Source of the DNA: a virus
Reading direction: 5' to 3' (one strand)
DNA: 64,000 nt
IMG/VR virus record: IMGVR_UViG_3300044922_000175
Location: 1 to 64,000 of that record
Numbering within the stretch: the first letter of the stretch is position 1; every line of letters begins with the position of its first letter. Shown in pieces: positions 17,101 to 26,158 of this stretch. A model generated the notes under the pieces. It did not search any database and was not told the origin of the DNA. It saw nothing but the letters and a program-made list of their open reading frames with translations. The position numbers were made by a program, and so were the translations under genes.

Positions 17101-18240
17101 ATGAGAAAAGACGAAGAACTGGCATTAGCCGGGAAAGAACTTATGCTTGAACAACCCTTCTATGGTATGTTCTTGATAGGTCTTAACAAAGAATGGAATA
17201 ACAGAATTCCAACTGCTGGTGTAAGCAAACACAACATTAATTATAAGCTTGTGATTAACTCAGATTTCTGGGCTAGTCTACCACATGACCACAAGAAAGG
17301 TCTATTGTGGCATGAGCTTTTACATATTGTGTTTGATCACCTTAACTTACGAGATGAGTTTGCAGACAAGAAGTTATTTAACATAGCTGCTGACTGTGAG
17401 CTTAATCAGTATATTACTCCAAGCTGTCTTCCAGACGGTGCTATTGTACCTAGTTCATTTCCTAACTTGAGACTTGATTATAAAGCAGGTACTAAATACT
17501 ATTATGATATGCTACAAAAGAATCAAGATGATGAAGATGTACAAAACATGATGGGTAATGGTGATGATATGCATCCTACATGGGAAGAGTTTGATAACCT
17601 AAGTGATTCCGAAAAGAAATTACTTAAGTCTCAAGCTGAGTATCAACTTAGAGAGGCAGCAGAAGAGTGTCTAAAAGCTAGAGGTCATTTACCTGGAGAA
17701 ATTAGTGAGATTTATAAAAGAATCACTGCAGTTACTCCAAGTAAATTTAACTGGAAAGCTTATCTGAGAAGATTTGCTGGTAACTCTTATATTGTTGAGA
17801 CTAAGTTATCTAGAAAGAAGATTAACAAAAGATATCCGGATGCTCCCGGAATGAAATTTAAACCCAAGAAACATATCTTGGTTGCAATAGATACATCTGG
17901 TAGTGTGAGCAATGATGAACTTGTAGAGTTCTTCAATGAAATTAAACACATGCATAAAACCGGAACAGAGATTACAGTATTACAGTGTGATACAGAGATT
18001 ACTAGTGTTGAGAGTTATAACCCTAAGAAGGATGTAGAAGTCAAAGGCCGTGGAGGTACTGAGTTTGATCCCGTACTAGAATATTATAACAAGAATACTA
18101 AAAGATACACATGTCTTATTTATTTAACAGATGGTGAATGTTATACAACAGTTACACCAAGAGGTAGAATGCTTTGGGTTATTTCTTCAAAAGCCCAAAT
18201 CAATGAGCAACTACCCGGTCCCCAAATCCAATTAAATTAA
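17101..18240 (+). CDS. HExxH metallopeptidase plus vWA domain protein (DUF2201-like)
   Basis: WHELLH...NIAADCELNQ; MIDAS DTSGS; GRGGTEF; YLTDG. Confidence 0.85.
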   Translation: MRKDEELALAGKELMLEQPFYGMFLIGLNKEWNNRIPTAGVSKHNINYKLVINSDFWASLPHDHKKGLLWHELLHIVFDHLNLRDEFADKKLFNIAADCELNQYITPSCLPDGAIVPSSFPNLRLDYKAGTKYYYDMLQKNQDDEDVQNMMGNGDDMHPTWEEFDNLSDSEKKLLKSQAEYQLREAAEECLKARGHLPGEISEIYKRITAVTPSKFNWKAYLRRFAGNSYIVETKLSRKKINKRYPDAPGMKFKPKKHILVAIDTSGSVSNDELVEFFNEIKHMHKTGTEITVLQCDTEITSVESYNPKKDVEVKGRGGTEFDPVLEYYNKNTKRYTCLIYLTDGECYTTVTPRGRMLWVISSKAQINEQLPGPQIQLN

Positions 18241-18253
18241 AAACCCTAAAAAC

Positions 18254-19435
18254 ATGGCACAAGTAAAATTAAACAGCGCTGAATTAAAAGATTTCATTAA
18301 GCACGTAATTAACAACAACAGATTCATTCAGGGTCAAGGTAAAGTACCAACAGCTTTGAATGTAGTAGGTAATGCAGGTCTTGGTAAAACTACAATTGTC
18401 TCTAACCTTGCAAAAGAAGAGGGTATGCAGTTTGTAAAAATTAACCTTGCAATGATAGAAGAGTTATCAGATCTAGTAGGATTTCCAGTTAAGGAATTTC
18501 AGATTGGTAAAGATACTCCTGATGGTCTTAAGACTAAGTGGGTAACTGAGATGGAAGCTGAGCTAGCAGTTAAGGCCGGGTTTAAACTAACCGGTGCAAG
18601 GCGCACTGCTTATTGTGCACCTGAATGGATTTCTGGTAAAGGTGAGTCTGGTATCTTATTATTAGATGATTACACTCGTGCAGATCCTAGAATGATTCAG
18701 GCTTGTATGGATTTGATTAACACTCAAGAGTATATCTCATGGAAGTTACCTAAAGACTGGACTATCATCCTTACTACTAACCCTGATGGTGGTGATTATC
18801 ACGTAAATAGTATGGACGTAGCACAAACTACTCGCTTTATTTCTTGTGACTTAAAGTTTGATGTAGACTGTTGGGCACAGTGGGCAGAAGAAACAGCTAT
18901 GGATGGTAGATGTATTAACTTTATCTTGAAGCATCCTGAAGTTGTTACTGAGTCTACTAACCCACGTGCAATTACTACATTCTTTAATGCTATCTCTAGC
19001 TTTGAGAAGTTTGAAGATAACCTACCTATGATCCAAATGATTGGTGAAGGTTCTGTTGGTGCAGACATGACTAGCTTGTTTACTTTGTTTATCAATAACA
19101 AACTGGACCAGTTGATGTCTCCTAAAGACATTATCTTACATGACAATGAGGATTATATCGTAGGCACTTTGAAGTCTACAATTGGTAGAGGTGACGATTA
19201 CCGGGCAGACATTGCTAGTATTATGAGTACTAGGATTGTAAACTTTGCCTTGGCACACTTCAAAACAAATCCTATGAAGAGTGAAGTAATCAAACGTTTT
19301 GAGAAATTAGTAGTGGATGAGATATTTGCTATTGACCTTAAGTATATGATTGTAAGAAATCTTATTAATGGTAACAAGCAAAAATTTCAAAAGCTTATGT
19401 TGAACGATAAAGTTATGGAGTACACAATCCGATGA
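18254..19435 (+). CDS. MoxR-type AAA+ ATPase
   Basis: GNAGLGKT, LLLDDYTRA, TTNP, NPRA; adjacent to the vWA gene. Confidence 0.85.
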   Translation: MAQVKLNSAELKDFIKHVINNNRFIQGQGKVPTALNVVGNAGLGKTTIVSNLAKEEGMQFVKINLAMIEELSDLVGFPVKEFQIGKDTPDGLKTKWVTEMEAELAVKAGFKLTGARRTAYCAPEWISGKGESGILLLDDYTRADPRMIQACMDLINTQEYISWKLPKDWTIILTTNPDGGDYHVNSMDVAQTTRFISCDLKFDVDCWAQWAEETAMDGRCINFILKHPEVVTESTNPRAITTFFNAISSFEKFEDNLPMIQMIGEGSVGADMTSLFTLFINNKLDQLMSPKDIILHDNEDYIVGTLKSTIGRGDDYRADIASIMSTRIVNFALAHFKTNPMKSEVIKRFEKLVVDEIFAIDLKYMIVRNLINGNKQKFQKLMLNDKVMEYTIR

Positions 19436-20493
19436 AAAATTTGTATTTAAGAATAGATGGTAATAAGTATCTAAAGAAAGTAGGTGAGACTTATTCTCCT
19501 TATGGTTTTAGTAGTAGTAACTATAAAGACTTGTTAGACTGTCTTAAGTTAGAAAGCCTTAATGTTGTAGATCCAACAATCTTTGATGGATTAAATACAT
19601 CATCACAAAGTCTTGTAGCTGGTGACAAAGTATTTATAATGCCGGGGGTAACCATCCCCCGGTATAAAATACGGGAAACTGGTAAAGAGATTGGTTTTGA
19701 TATAGTAAGAAATCAAACTAAAGCAACCAAAGTAGTCTTTAACAAGAAACAGGTTATAGAGGAAATGATAGACAAAAGAAATGAGATGGGAATACCTATT
19801 AACAGTGTAAAACAAATGTTTGAAACTTATAATGTTAGTGCTCCTGAACTAGATGATCCAGATACAGGTAGTTATATTGTTGTAGACTGGTCATTACTTA
19901 GAGGACTCAATCATGTCTATAATAGTGTTATATCTGGCAATACAGATGGTCTAGAAACTAATCATTTTTATACTTATCGCTTTAAAGAAGATGCTTATGA
20001 GCAACTAATCAATGACTTGCTAGCTAATACTAAAGTTATCATCTCTGATAAAGATGTAATGAAACAGTGTAATGGTTCTCAACCACTTAACTCTGAATCT
20101 TATACAAGATTAGTAAGTATGTTTAGTTCAAATCAGAATCAGGAAATTGCCTTGGAGTTACTATGTAACTGTGACTATGATCAGTCTATGGTATATATCT
20201 TGAAGTTGATATCTAGATTTAATCTACGTAATATGCCCGGTACAAACCATGTAAACTATAAAGCATTTAGACAGTACATGACTATACACTGGGATATTGA
20301 TCCTAACTATTACAGTGGTGATATTATAGATATTGTTCGTAGATTAGCAGATGGTGGTAAACTTAAAAGAGAATACCTGTCTGAGTTTAAAGAGGATATT
20401 CTAAAGCATGTAAAAACATATGGTGAAAATAATATCTTCACTATAAGTGCAATTCAAATGAATGAAACATACAAAGAAAAAATAGTAGAATGA
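19432..20493 (+). CDS. Hypothetical protein coupled to MoxR (possible BRCT-like N-terminal part)
   Basis: ORF track; ATGA overlap; the BRCT-like resemblance is weak. Confidence 0.7.
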   Translation: MKNLYLRIDGNKYLKKVGETYSPYGFSSSNYKDLLDCLKLESLNVVDPTIFDGLNTSSQSLVAGDKVFIMPGVTIPRYKIRETGKEIGFDIVRNQTKATKVVFNKKQVIEEMIDKRNEMGIPINSVKQMFETYNVSAPELDDPDTGSYIVVDWSLLRGLNHVYNSVISGNTDGLETNHFYTYRFKEDAYEQLINDLLANTKVIISDKDVMKQCNGSQPLNSESYTRLVSMFSSNQNQEIALELLCNCDYDQSMVYILKLISRFNLRNMPGTNHVNYKAFRQYMTIHWDIDPNYYSGDIIDIVRRLADGGKLKREYLSEFKEDILKHVKTYGENNIFTISAIQMNETYKEKIVE

Positions 20494-21464
20494 CAGATCA
20501 AGAGTTAATAGAACAGTTTTATAAAACTAAGTATTACATTAGTTACTCAGGACTAAGCAAACTAAGGTTTAGTCCTAGATTGTTCTTCACTCATTACATC
20601 CTCCAACAAAAGGAAGAATCGGTTGGTGCACATTTAGTAGAGGGCAGGTTAATTCACTGCCTTCTACTACAACCGGATGAGTATGATAATCAATTCTATG
20701 TAGCTAAAAGTAAACTTCCTTCAGATAATCTTAAGGATATTGTAGATAAAATATTTAGAGAGCACCCTGAATGTAGTGATTTGTCTAACTTTCAAGATGA
20801 AATCTTAAACATTTTAATAGAAAAGAACCTTTACCAGACACTAAAAACGGATGAGCAAAGACTAGCCAAGGTAATTACACCAATTACTACTGACTATCTT
20901 ACTGATCTTATAAATAGTATTGGTAAATCTGTAATTGATCAGAGCACATATGATAAATGCTTACGGGTAGTAACTAAGTTTAAAGCTAATCCGGAAGTTA
21001 GATATCATTTGGGTCTAGATATTACAGAGTTTGATGATGTTAAGTTTCATAGAGAGTTACCAGCAGCTTGTGATCTAGTTGACTACAAGTTTGGTATCAA
21101 GGGTATTCTTGACAGTGTAATTGTAGATGATGTAAACAAAGTAATTAAGATAGCAGACGTTAAGACTACTAGTAAGACAATCCCTGAATTCAAAGAGAGT
21201 GTAGAGTACTACAACTATTGGATGCAGGCAGCAATGTATGTACTACTAGCTAAATGTCACTTCTTAAAACTTGATTACACTTACGAGTATTCTTTTGTGG
21301 TGGTAGACAAGTATGAGCAGATTTATTGCTTTCCTGTTTCTCAGTTAACACTGGATGACTGGAATGAAAGATTTAGAAAAGCGCTAAATGAAGCACATTA
21401 TCACTATGAAAATAGAGATTATTCTCTACCTTATGAGTATATTGTAAACAAAATAATACTATGA
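20490..21464 (+). CDS. PD-(D/E)xK exonuclease (RecE/DUF3799-like)
   Basis: ISYSGL, GRLIHCLLL, KGILDSV...IADVKTT, YWMQAAMY. Confidence 0.85.
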   Translation: MTDQELIEQFYKTKYYISYSGLSKLRFSPRLFFTHYILQQKEESVGAHLVEGRLIHCLLLQPDEYDNQFYVAKSKLPSDNLKDIVDKIFREHPECSDLSNFQDEILNILIEKNLYQTLKTDEQRLAKVITPITTDYLTDLINSIGKSVIDQSTYDKCLRVVTKFKANPEVRYHLGLDITEFDDVKFHRELPAACDLVDYKFGIKGILDSVIVDDVNKVIKIADVKTTSKTIPEFKESVEYYNYWMQAAMYVLLAKCHFLKLDYTYEYSFVVVDKYEQIYCFPVSQLTLDDWNERFRKALNEAHYHYENRDYSLPYEYIVNKIIL

Positions 21465-22021
21465 AAAAATTACATGACAAGTACACACAGAAATCCCGGA
21501 TATTCTTATACCCGGCACTAAACATTAGAAGAGGCAGTCATATCAAACCCATACAGACTTACATTGCATGGGAAGAGATTGTATCTCCTACTGATAGAAA
21601 ACTTATTTGCGTTTATGATATACAAGATAATGAAGACTATCAAATCTTTGAGAGGGTTAAGTTGTTTGGTAATGATAAGTTCTGTGAGTTTAGACAGACT
21701 ACAGATAACAAGGGTATTTATATTTTTACATTTGATGACCGAGCTTATGACTGGGATAAATTTGTAAAGGGTAAATATTCTCAACTGTCTGATGCTGCAA
21801 AAGATGAGATTGAAAGATTCTATGGTAAAGACTCTAGTACTTATGAGTACGTGATGAGCTATCTATACCCTGAAGACTATTTTGATATCTATGCAGAGCT
21901 GTTAGGAGTCAATGTAAATATCCTAAAAGGCGTTGGAGAATTATGTGCTCCTTATAACGCTGAAAAAGAAACACTTAAAATACCTGTAGAGAATTTGGAA
22001 ATGAAAGATTTAATTATTTGA
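21461..22021 (+). CDS. Conserved hypothetical phage protein
   Basis: ORF track. Confidence 0.8.
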   Translation: MKKLHDKYTQKSRIFLYPALNIRRGSHIKPIQTYIAWEEIVSPTDRKLICVYDIQDNEDYQIFERVKLFGNDKFCEFRQTTDNKGIYIFTFDDRAYDWDKFVKGKYSQLSDAAKDEIERFYGKDSSTYEYVMSYLYPEDYFDIYAELLGVNVNILKGVGELCAPYNAEKETLKIPVENLEMKDLII

Positions 22022-22030
22022 TTTGTGTAT

Positions 22031-22423
22031 ATGAAAGATAGTATGTTATGTATTAGTTCCGTATGGAACGGTCAGGAGAGTTTTAAAGTTATACCTTTAG
22101 TAGAAACTTGTCCTTATGTAGAAATGATTTATGATCCAGAAGCAAGCATGTTGGTTATCATCTCAAAAATTATTAAAGATGCTTACCATATGATTCCTAG
22201 AATGGATGATAAAGGTGATGTAGTATTTACTAAGAATAGAAAGAATCCAGAGAAAAGTTACGCGGAAGAGAGAAGACTGGTTGAGTCTTTCCAAGAGTAT
22301 TATATACATAAGAAAGAAGAGATCTTAGATATCATTGCTAAATTTGCAATGAATCATGATACTTTTAACTTTAGTATCTTGGAAAAAGAATCAGTAGGAA
22401 TCACGGGTCCAACTCAAGTATAG
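22031..22423 (+). CDS. Hypothetical protein
   Basis: ORF track; ATG 22031 preferred as start. Confidence 0.75.
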   Translation: MKDSMLCISSVWNGQESFKVIPLVETCPYVEMIYDPEASMLVIISKIIKDAYHMIPRMDDKGDVVFTKNRKNPEKSYAEERRLVESFQEYYIHKKEEILDIIAKFAMNHDTFNFSILEKESVGITGPTQV

Positions 22424-22455
22424 GGTCTTGAGGATTGCCATATAAACCAACAATT

Positions 22456-22485
22456 AAGGGGGATGTAATAGTCCCCCTTTTTTTT
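22456..22485 (+). terminator. Rho-independent terminator
   Basis: AAGGGGGAT-GTAATA-GTCCCCCTT plus a long T-tract; stem identical to the one at 15231. Confidence 0.85.
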
Positions 22486-22493
22486 CTAAAACT

Positions 22494-24476
22494 ATGAAAA
22501 GACATTGGGTAATGGATATAGAAACTATGTCAGATTTCTTCTGTGCTGTATTTGAGCACTATAAAGAAGAGTCTGTAACAGAATTTGTAATATCCTTTAA
22601 AGAGAATCAGATTAAAAAACTAGTAGATTTTATTAATGAGAACATTAAAAGTGAGGAATGGCATATCAGTTTTAATGGTCTTGACTTTGATGCACAAGTA
22701 ATACAGTACATCATTGATCATGCTCAAGAACTTATTGCACTAGATTCTGCACAAATTACAGATAAACTATATAAAGTAGCGCAAGATATTATCTATAGAA
22801 AGAATAATGGCGAGTTTGCTTTGTATAGTCACAAACAATTAAAGATTAACCAGATAGATTTATTTAAACTTAATCACTGGGACAATCCGGCTAAAAGCTC
22901 TAGCCTTAAATGGTTGGAGTACACATTAGATTGGCACAATGTAGAGGAGATGCCCATACATCATAGTGATAGCATAGATACTATTGAAAAACAAGAGATG
23001 GTACTAAGCTACTGTAGAAATGATGTAAAGTTCACCAAGAAGATAATGGAGTATAGTAAATCTCAGATTGCTTTACGTGGTGTACTTACAAAAGAATATG
23101 GTATTAACCTGTACAGTGCTAGTGAGCCAAGGATATCTAAAGAACTATTTAAGTATTTCTTATCTAAAGCTACCGGGATTAGTAGTTATGAGCTCAACGG
23201 TCTTAGAACTAACAGAACTCTTATCAAAGTAAATGATATCATTCTAGACTATGTGAAGTTTAAAACACCAGAGTTGCAGGCGCTGCTAGATAAGTTTAGA
23301 ACTATTGAGTTAGACCCTAAAGAAACTAAAGGCGGGTTTGCTCATAGTGTAACTTATAAAGGTATGCAAACTGACTTTGGTCTAGGCGGTTTACATGGTG
23401 CACGTTCCGGAATCTTTGAAGCCAAGAATGGTATGATAATAATGTCATCAGATGTTGTAAGTTATTATCCTAACCTAGCTATTAAGAATAAATGGGCCCC
23501 AGCTCATCTTCCTAAAGAAGAATTCTGTGAGCAGTATGAGTGGTTCTTTACAGAGCGTAAGAAGATCCCTAAGAAAGATCCAAAGAACTATGTATACAAG
23601 ATCATCTTGAATAGTACTTATGGCCTTAGCAATGATAAGAATAGCTTTCTGTATGATCCTGAGTTTACCATGCGTATTACTATTAATGGTCAGCTCAGTC
23701 TATGCATGCTTTATGAGATGATAGCAGAGGGTATACCCGGTTCTATTCCCATCATGCAGAATACAGATGGTCTAGAGATGATGATACCTGAAGAACATAA
23801 AGCAAAATATCTTGAGATATGTTCTGAATGGGAAACAATCACTCAGCTAGCACTAGAACATGACCAGTATCAGAAGATGATTATTGGTGATGTAAACAAT
23901 TACATTGGTATAAATACCCACAGGGAAGCAGATCAAGAGACTCTAATTAGTCTTAAAGAAGATGAGCCCTACTATGTTTATACTGATAATGGTTATTCCC
24001 CAGTAAAGTGTAAAGGTAGATTTGAGTTTCATCACTTAGCATTACATAAGAATAAATCTTTCTTAATCATCAGAAAGGCGCTCTATAATTACTTTGTATT
24101 TAATACCCCGGTAGATAAAACTATTCTGGAATCTAAAAGCATAGTTGACTTCTGTGGTGGTATAAAAGCAAAAGGTGATTGGAGATTTACAAGTAACTGC
24201 ATGATTAAGGGTGTGCTCATAACAGAACCATTACAGAAAATAGTGAGATACTATATCTCTAATAAGGGTTGTAAGATACTAAAACAACACAGAGATGGTA
24301 GAATCATACAAGTAGAATCAGGTAGATGGTTGCAGACTACATTGAATAAGTTAGATAAAAAAGATTGGGATGGTTATGATATCAACTATGATTATTATAT
24401 TAACAATGCAATACGTGAAATTATGAATGTATGTCCAGAAAAGATAGCTTACCAACAACTAGAACTAAACTTATGA
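22494..24476 (+). CDS. polB: Family B DNA polymerase with 3'-5' exonuclease
   Basis: ExoI DIE, ExoII FNGLDFD, ExoIII YCRND; motif A DVVSYYP, motif B KIILNSTYG, motif C NTDG. Confidence 0.95.
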   Translation: MKRHWVMDIETMSDFFCAVFEHYKEESVTEFVISFKENQIKKLVDFINENIKSEEWHISFNGLDFDAQVIQYIIDHAQELIALDSAQITDKLYKVAQDIIYRKNNGEFALYSHKQLKINQIDLFKLNHWDNPAKSSSLKWLEYTLDWHNVEEMPIHHSDSIDTIEKQEMVLSYCRNDVKFTKKIMEYSKSQIALRGVLTKEYGINLYSASEPRISKELFKYFLSKATGISSYELNGLRTNRTLIKVNDIILDYVKFKTPELQALLDKFRTIELDPKETKGGFAHSVTYKGMQTDFGLGGLHGARSGIFEAKNGMIIMSSDVVSYYPNLAIKNKWAPAHLPKEEFCEQYEWFFTERKKIPKKDPKNYVYKIILNSTYGLSNDKNSFLYDPEFTMRITINGQLSLCMLYEMIAEGIPGSIPIMQNTDGLEMMIPEEHKAKYLEICSEWETITQLALEHDQYQKMIIGDVNNYIGINTHREADQETLISLKEDEPYYVYTDNGYSPVKCKGRFEFHHLALHKNKSFLIIRKALYNYFVFNTPVDKTILESKSIVDFCGGIKAKGDWRFTSNCMIKGVLITEPLQKIVRYYISNKGCKILKQHRDGRIIQVESGRWLQTTLNKLDKKDWDGYDINYDYYINNAIREIMNVCPEKIAYQQLELNL

Positions 24477-24724
24477 TTAATATAGAAAAACAACCGATTC
24501 ACAAGACTGAGGTCTTTATTCACAATGGTACTTACATAACTAAGGATGCATGGGAAGATGAGATAGATTTAACACCCTATCCTTTCTCATGCACACTTAG
24601 AATAGATCATCTACAACAATCTGTTACTTGTAGTGTAGTTTGGCCGCAAGTAAAACCACCTGGTACAGAAGCTATAGAAGTAGAGATTGAGAAAAAACTA
24701 AGAAAAATCTATGTCAACCCTTAA
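24473..24724 (+). CDS. Hypothetical protein
   Basis: ATG 24473 (ATGA overlap with the pol stop) preferred as start. Confidence 0.65.
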   Translation: MINIEKQPIHKTEVFIHNGTYITKDAWEDEIDLTPYPFSCTLRIDHLQQSVTCSVVWPQVKPPGTEAIEVEIEKKLRKIYVNP

Positions 24725-25205
24725 TGAAAAAGAAACATTAAAGATCCAGGTGCATAATTTAAAATTAGCACTTAGAAGAAAAGAGGAACAACTTATTAAG
24801 ATCAAGGAAGAACACAGTACTGAATTACAAAAGGTAAAGAAAGATTACGGAGTAAAGTTATTACATCTACGTATTACTCTCTCACCTAAAAAGGAATTAA
24901 CAGACAATGTTATACCCCTGCTTTGTAATATACTGCATTCTGTAACAGGTGTATCCGCTAAAGAGATATTAAGTAAGTCCCGCAAAAGAGATTACATTAT
25001 ACCTAGGTATGTGATTATTCATATACTTAGACTAGAAGGTAAAACACTACAATTTATTGGAAAAACAATTGGTAATCAACATCATGCAACTATTATACAT
25101 GCTATTAGAAATGTAGAAGACTGGCATACATATCCAGAGTACTACAAAAAAGAAATAGAAATATATAATAAAACAAAGAAATTGTTTGAAGAAATAAAAA
25201 ACTGA
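24711..25205 (+). CDS. Coiled-coil plus DnaA domain IV-like HTH protein
   Basis: ILSKSRKRDYIIPRYV...LQFIGKTIGNQHHATIIHAIRNVE. Confidence 0.8.
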   Translation: MSTLNEKETLKIQVHNLKLALRRKEEQLIKIKEEHSTELQKVKKDYGVKLLHLRITLSPKKELTDNVIPLLCNILHSVTGVSAKEILSKSRKRDYIIPRYVIIHILRLEGKTLQFIGKTIGNQHHATIIHAIRNVEDWHTYPEYYKKEIEIYNKTKKLFEEIKN

Positions 25206-25206
25206 T

Positions 25207-25214
25207 TATATTTG
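25207..25214 (+). promoter_or_regulatory. Bacteroidota-type promoter (TTTG-N18-TATATTTG) upstream of groES
   Basis: TTTG at 25185-25188; TAnnTTTG at 25207-25214. Confidence 0.6.
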
Positions 25215-25236
25215 TATTGTCTTCTGATTTTCATAG

Positions 25237-25293
25237 TAATCACTCACTAATGTGTACTAGGTTATGCCTGTTTCCTAGTACACAGAGTGATTA
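25237..25293. other. Long hairpin in the groES leader (9 bp + 5-nt bulge + 11 bp)
   Basis: TAATCACTC/GAGTGATTA and TGTGTACTAGG/CCTAGTACACA are perfect inverted pairs. Confidence 0.8.
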
Positions 25294-25313
25294 GAAAACT
25301 AAAAACCAAAACA

Positions 25314-25601
25314 ATGAGCACATTTAAACTAAGAGGTAAAAGAATTTTACTAAATAAACCACACAAAGAAACCTTTGGAATTGAATTAACTGAAACTGCT
25401 AAAGCAGAAATGGATGCTGAACTTATGAAAAAATGGACAGCATTAGAAATATATGCTATCGGTACTGATGTAACTGAAGTTAATGTAGGAAACAAAGTAT
25501 ATATCCCCAGCTATACCTTACAATCTGCAGAAATTGTGGACATGCATGATCAAGGTATAAAGATTATGGTTGGGGAACAAGACATTGCCATTATTTGGTA
25601 A
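25314..25601 (+). CDS. groES: Co-chaperonin GroES/Cpn10-like
   Basis: LRGKRILL, mobile-loop-like FGIEL, AIGTDV...VGNKV, EQDIAII; ATG 25314. Confidence 0.8.
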   Translation: MSTFKLRGKRILLNKPHKETFGIELTETAKAEMDAELMKKWTALEIYAIGTDVTEVNVGNKVYIPSYTLQSAEIVDMHDQGIKIMVGEQDIAIIW

Positions 25602-25680
25602 TACTAGGTAACCACTAACCCTCTGGTAGTAGGCGTTGATCAGGATGGAAAGCTAAGGTCATGTAAGTCCTGCCTAGTTT

Positions 25681-26157
25681 TTAATCCCAGTGTTTATTAT
25701 ATCTTTCCCAATAGAATTCAGGAATAGTATCTGTATAAGCCTGTACGTAATCACATTTAAATATACTAGTATTCATCTCAGTAAGAGCTATGGTGATAAT
25801 ATCATCATTCTCATAACCCCTATCTAACAATCTCTCTTTTATCCAAGTATAGTTATTACCAGAAAGTACCGCTGCTTCTACTAAGATAATCTTATTATAT
25901 AACACAGGTAATGCAGTGCTCTCTTTCTTAAACTTTAATTCATAGTAATCTCTCTCCTCACCAGGATAAGGAACATCTACTCCAATCATATCCAACATAG
26001 TACCTCCTTCAGAAAGATGGTGTGCGATTTCCATTGCTACCTTAGAAGAATAATCTGGGGACACATTAAGTACCACTGTATCATGGGGATCTACCCTAGG
26101 TAACCTCTTGAGCAAGCCTTGTATGAGCTCATACTCTTTTAAAAAATCTATATACAT
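25681..26157 (-). CDS. Phosphoribosyltransferase-fold protein with atypical PRPP loop
   Basis: KIILVEAAVLSGNNY occupies the place of the VxIVDDxxxTGxT motif. Confidence 0.55.
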   Translation of the reverse strand: MYIDFLKEYELIQGLLKRLPRVDPHDTVVLNVSPDYSSKVAMEIAHHLSEGGTMLDMIGVDVPYPGEERDYYELKFKKESTALPVLYNKIILVEAAVLSGNNYTWIKERLLDRGYENDDIITIALTEMNTSIFKCDYVQAYTDTIPEFYWERYNKHWD

Positions 26158-26158
26158 A

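Noticed and set aside
6341-22485. Near-identical GGGGGA...TCCCCC stems as mobile repeats
   Set aside because: They are explained as ordinary intrinsic terminators placed after stop codons.
25237-25293. CIRCE (HrcA operator) upstream of groES
   Set aside because: The half-sites match 7 of 9 nt but are 39 nt apart rather than 9; kept only as a hairpin.
622-25495. Minus-strand track ORFs opposite plus-strand genes (e.g. 622, 1014, 3038, 6013, 7985, 8098, 8700, 11800, 13476, 14777, 16166, 18799, 19603, 21518, 25262)
   Set aside because: They are antisense shadows of well-supported genes, with no motifs or start context.
25601-25680. Self-cleaving ribozyme (pistol-like GCGUUGAU; hammerhead-like CUGAUCA on the minus strand)
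   Set aside because: The required pseudoknot or GAAA core elements are missing or in the wrong order.
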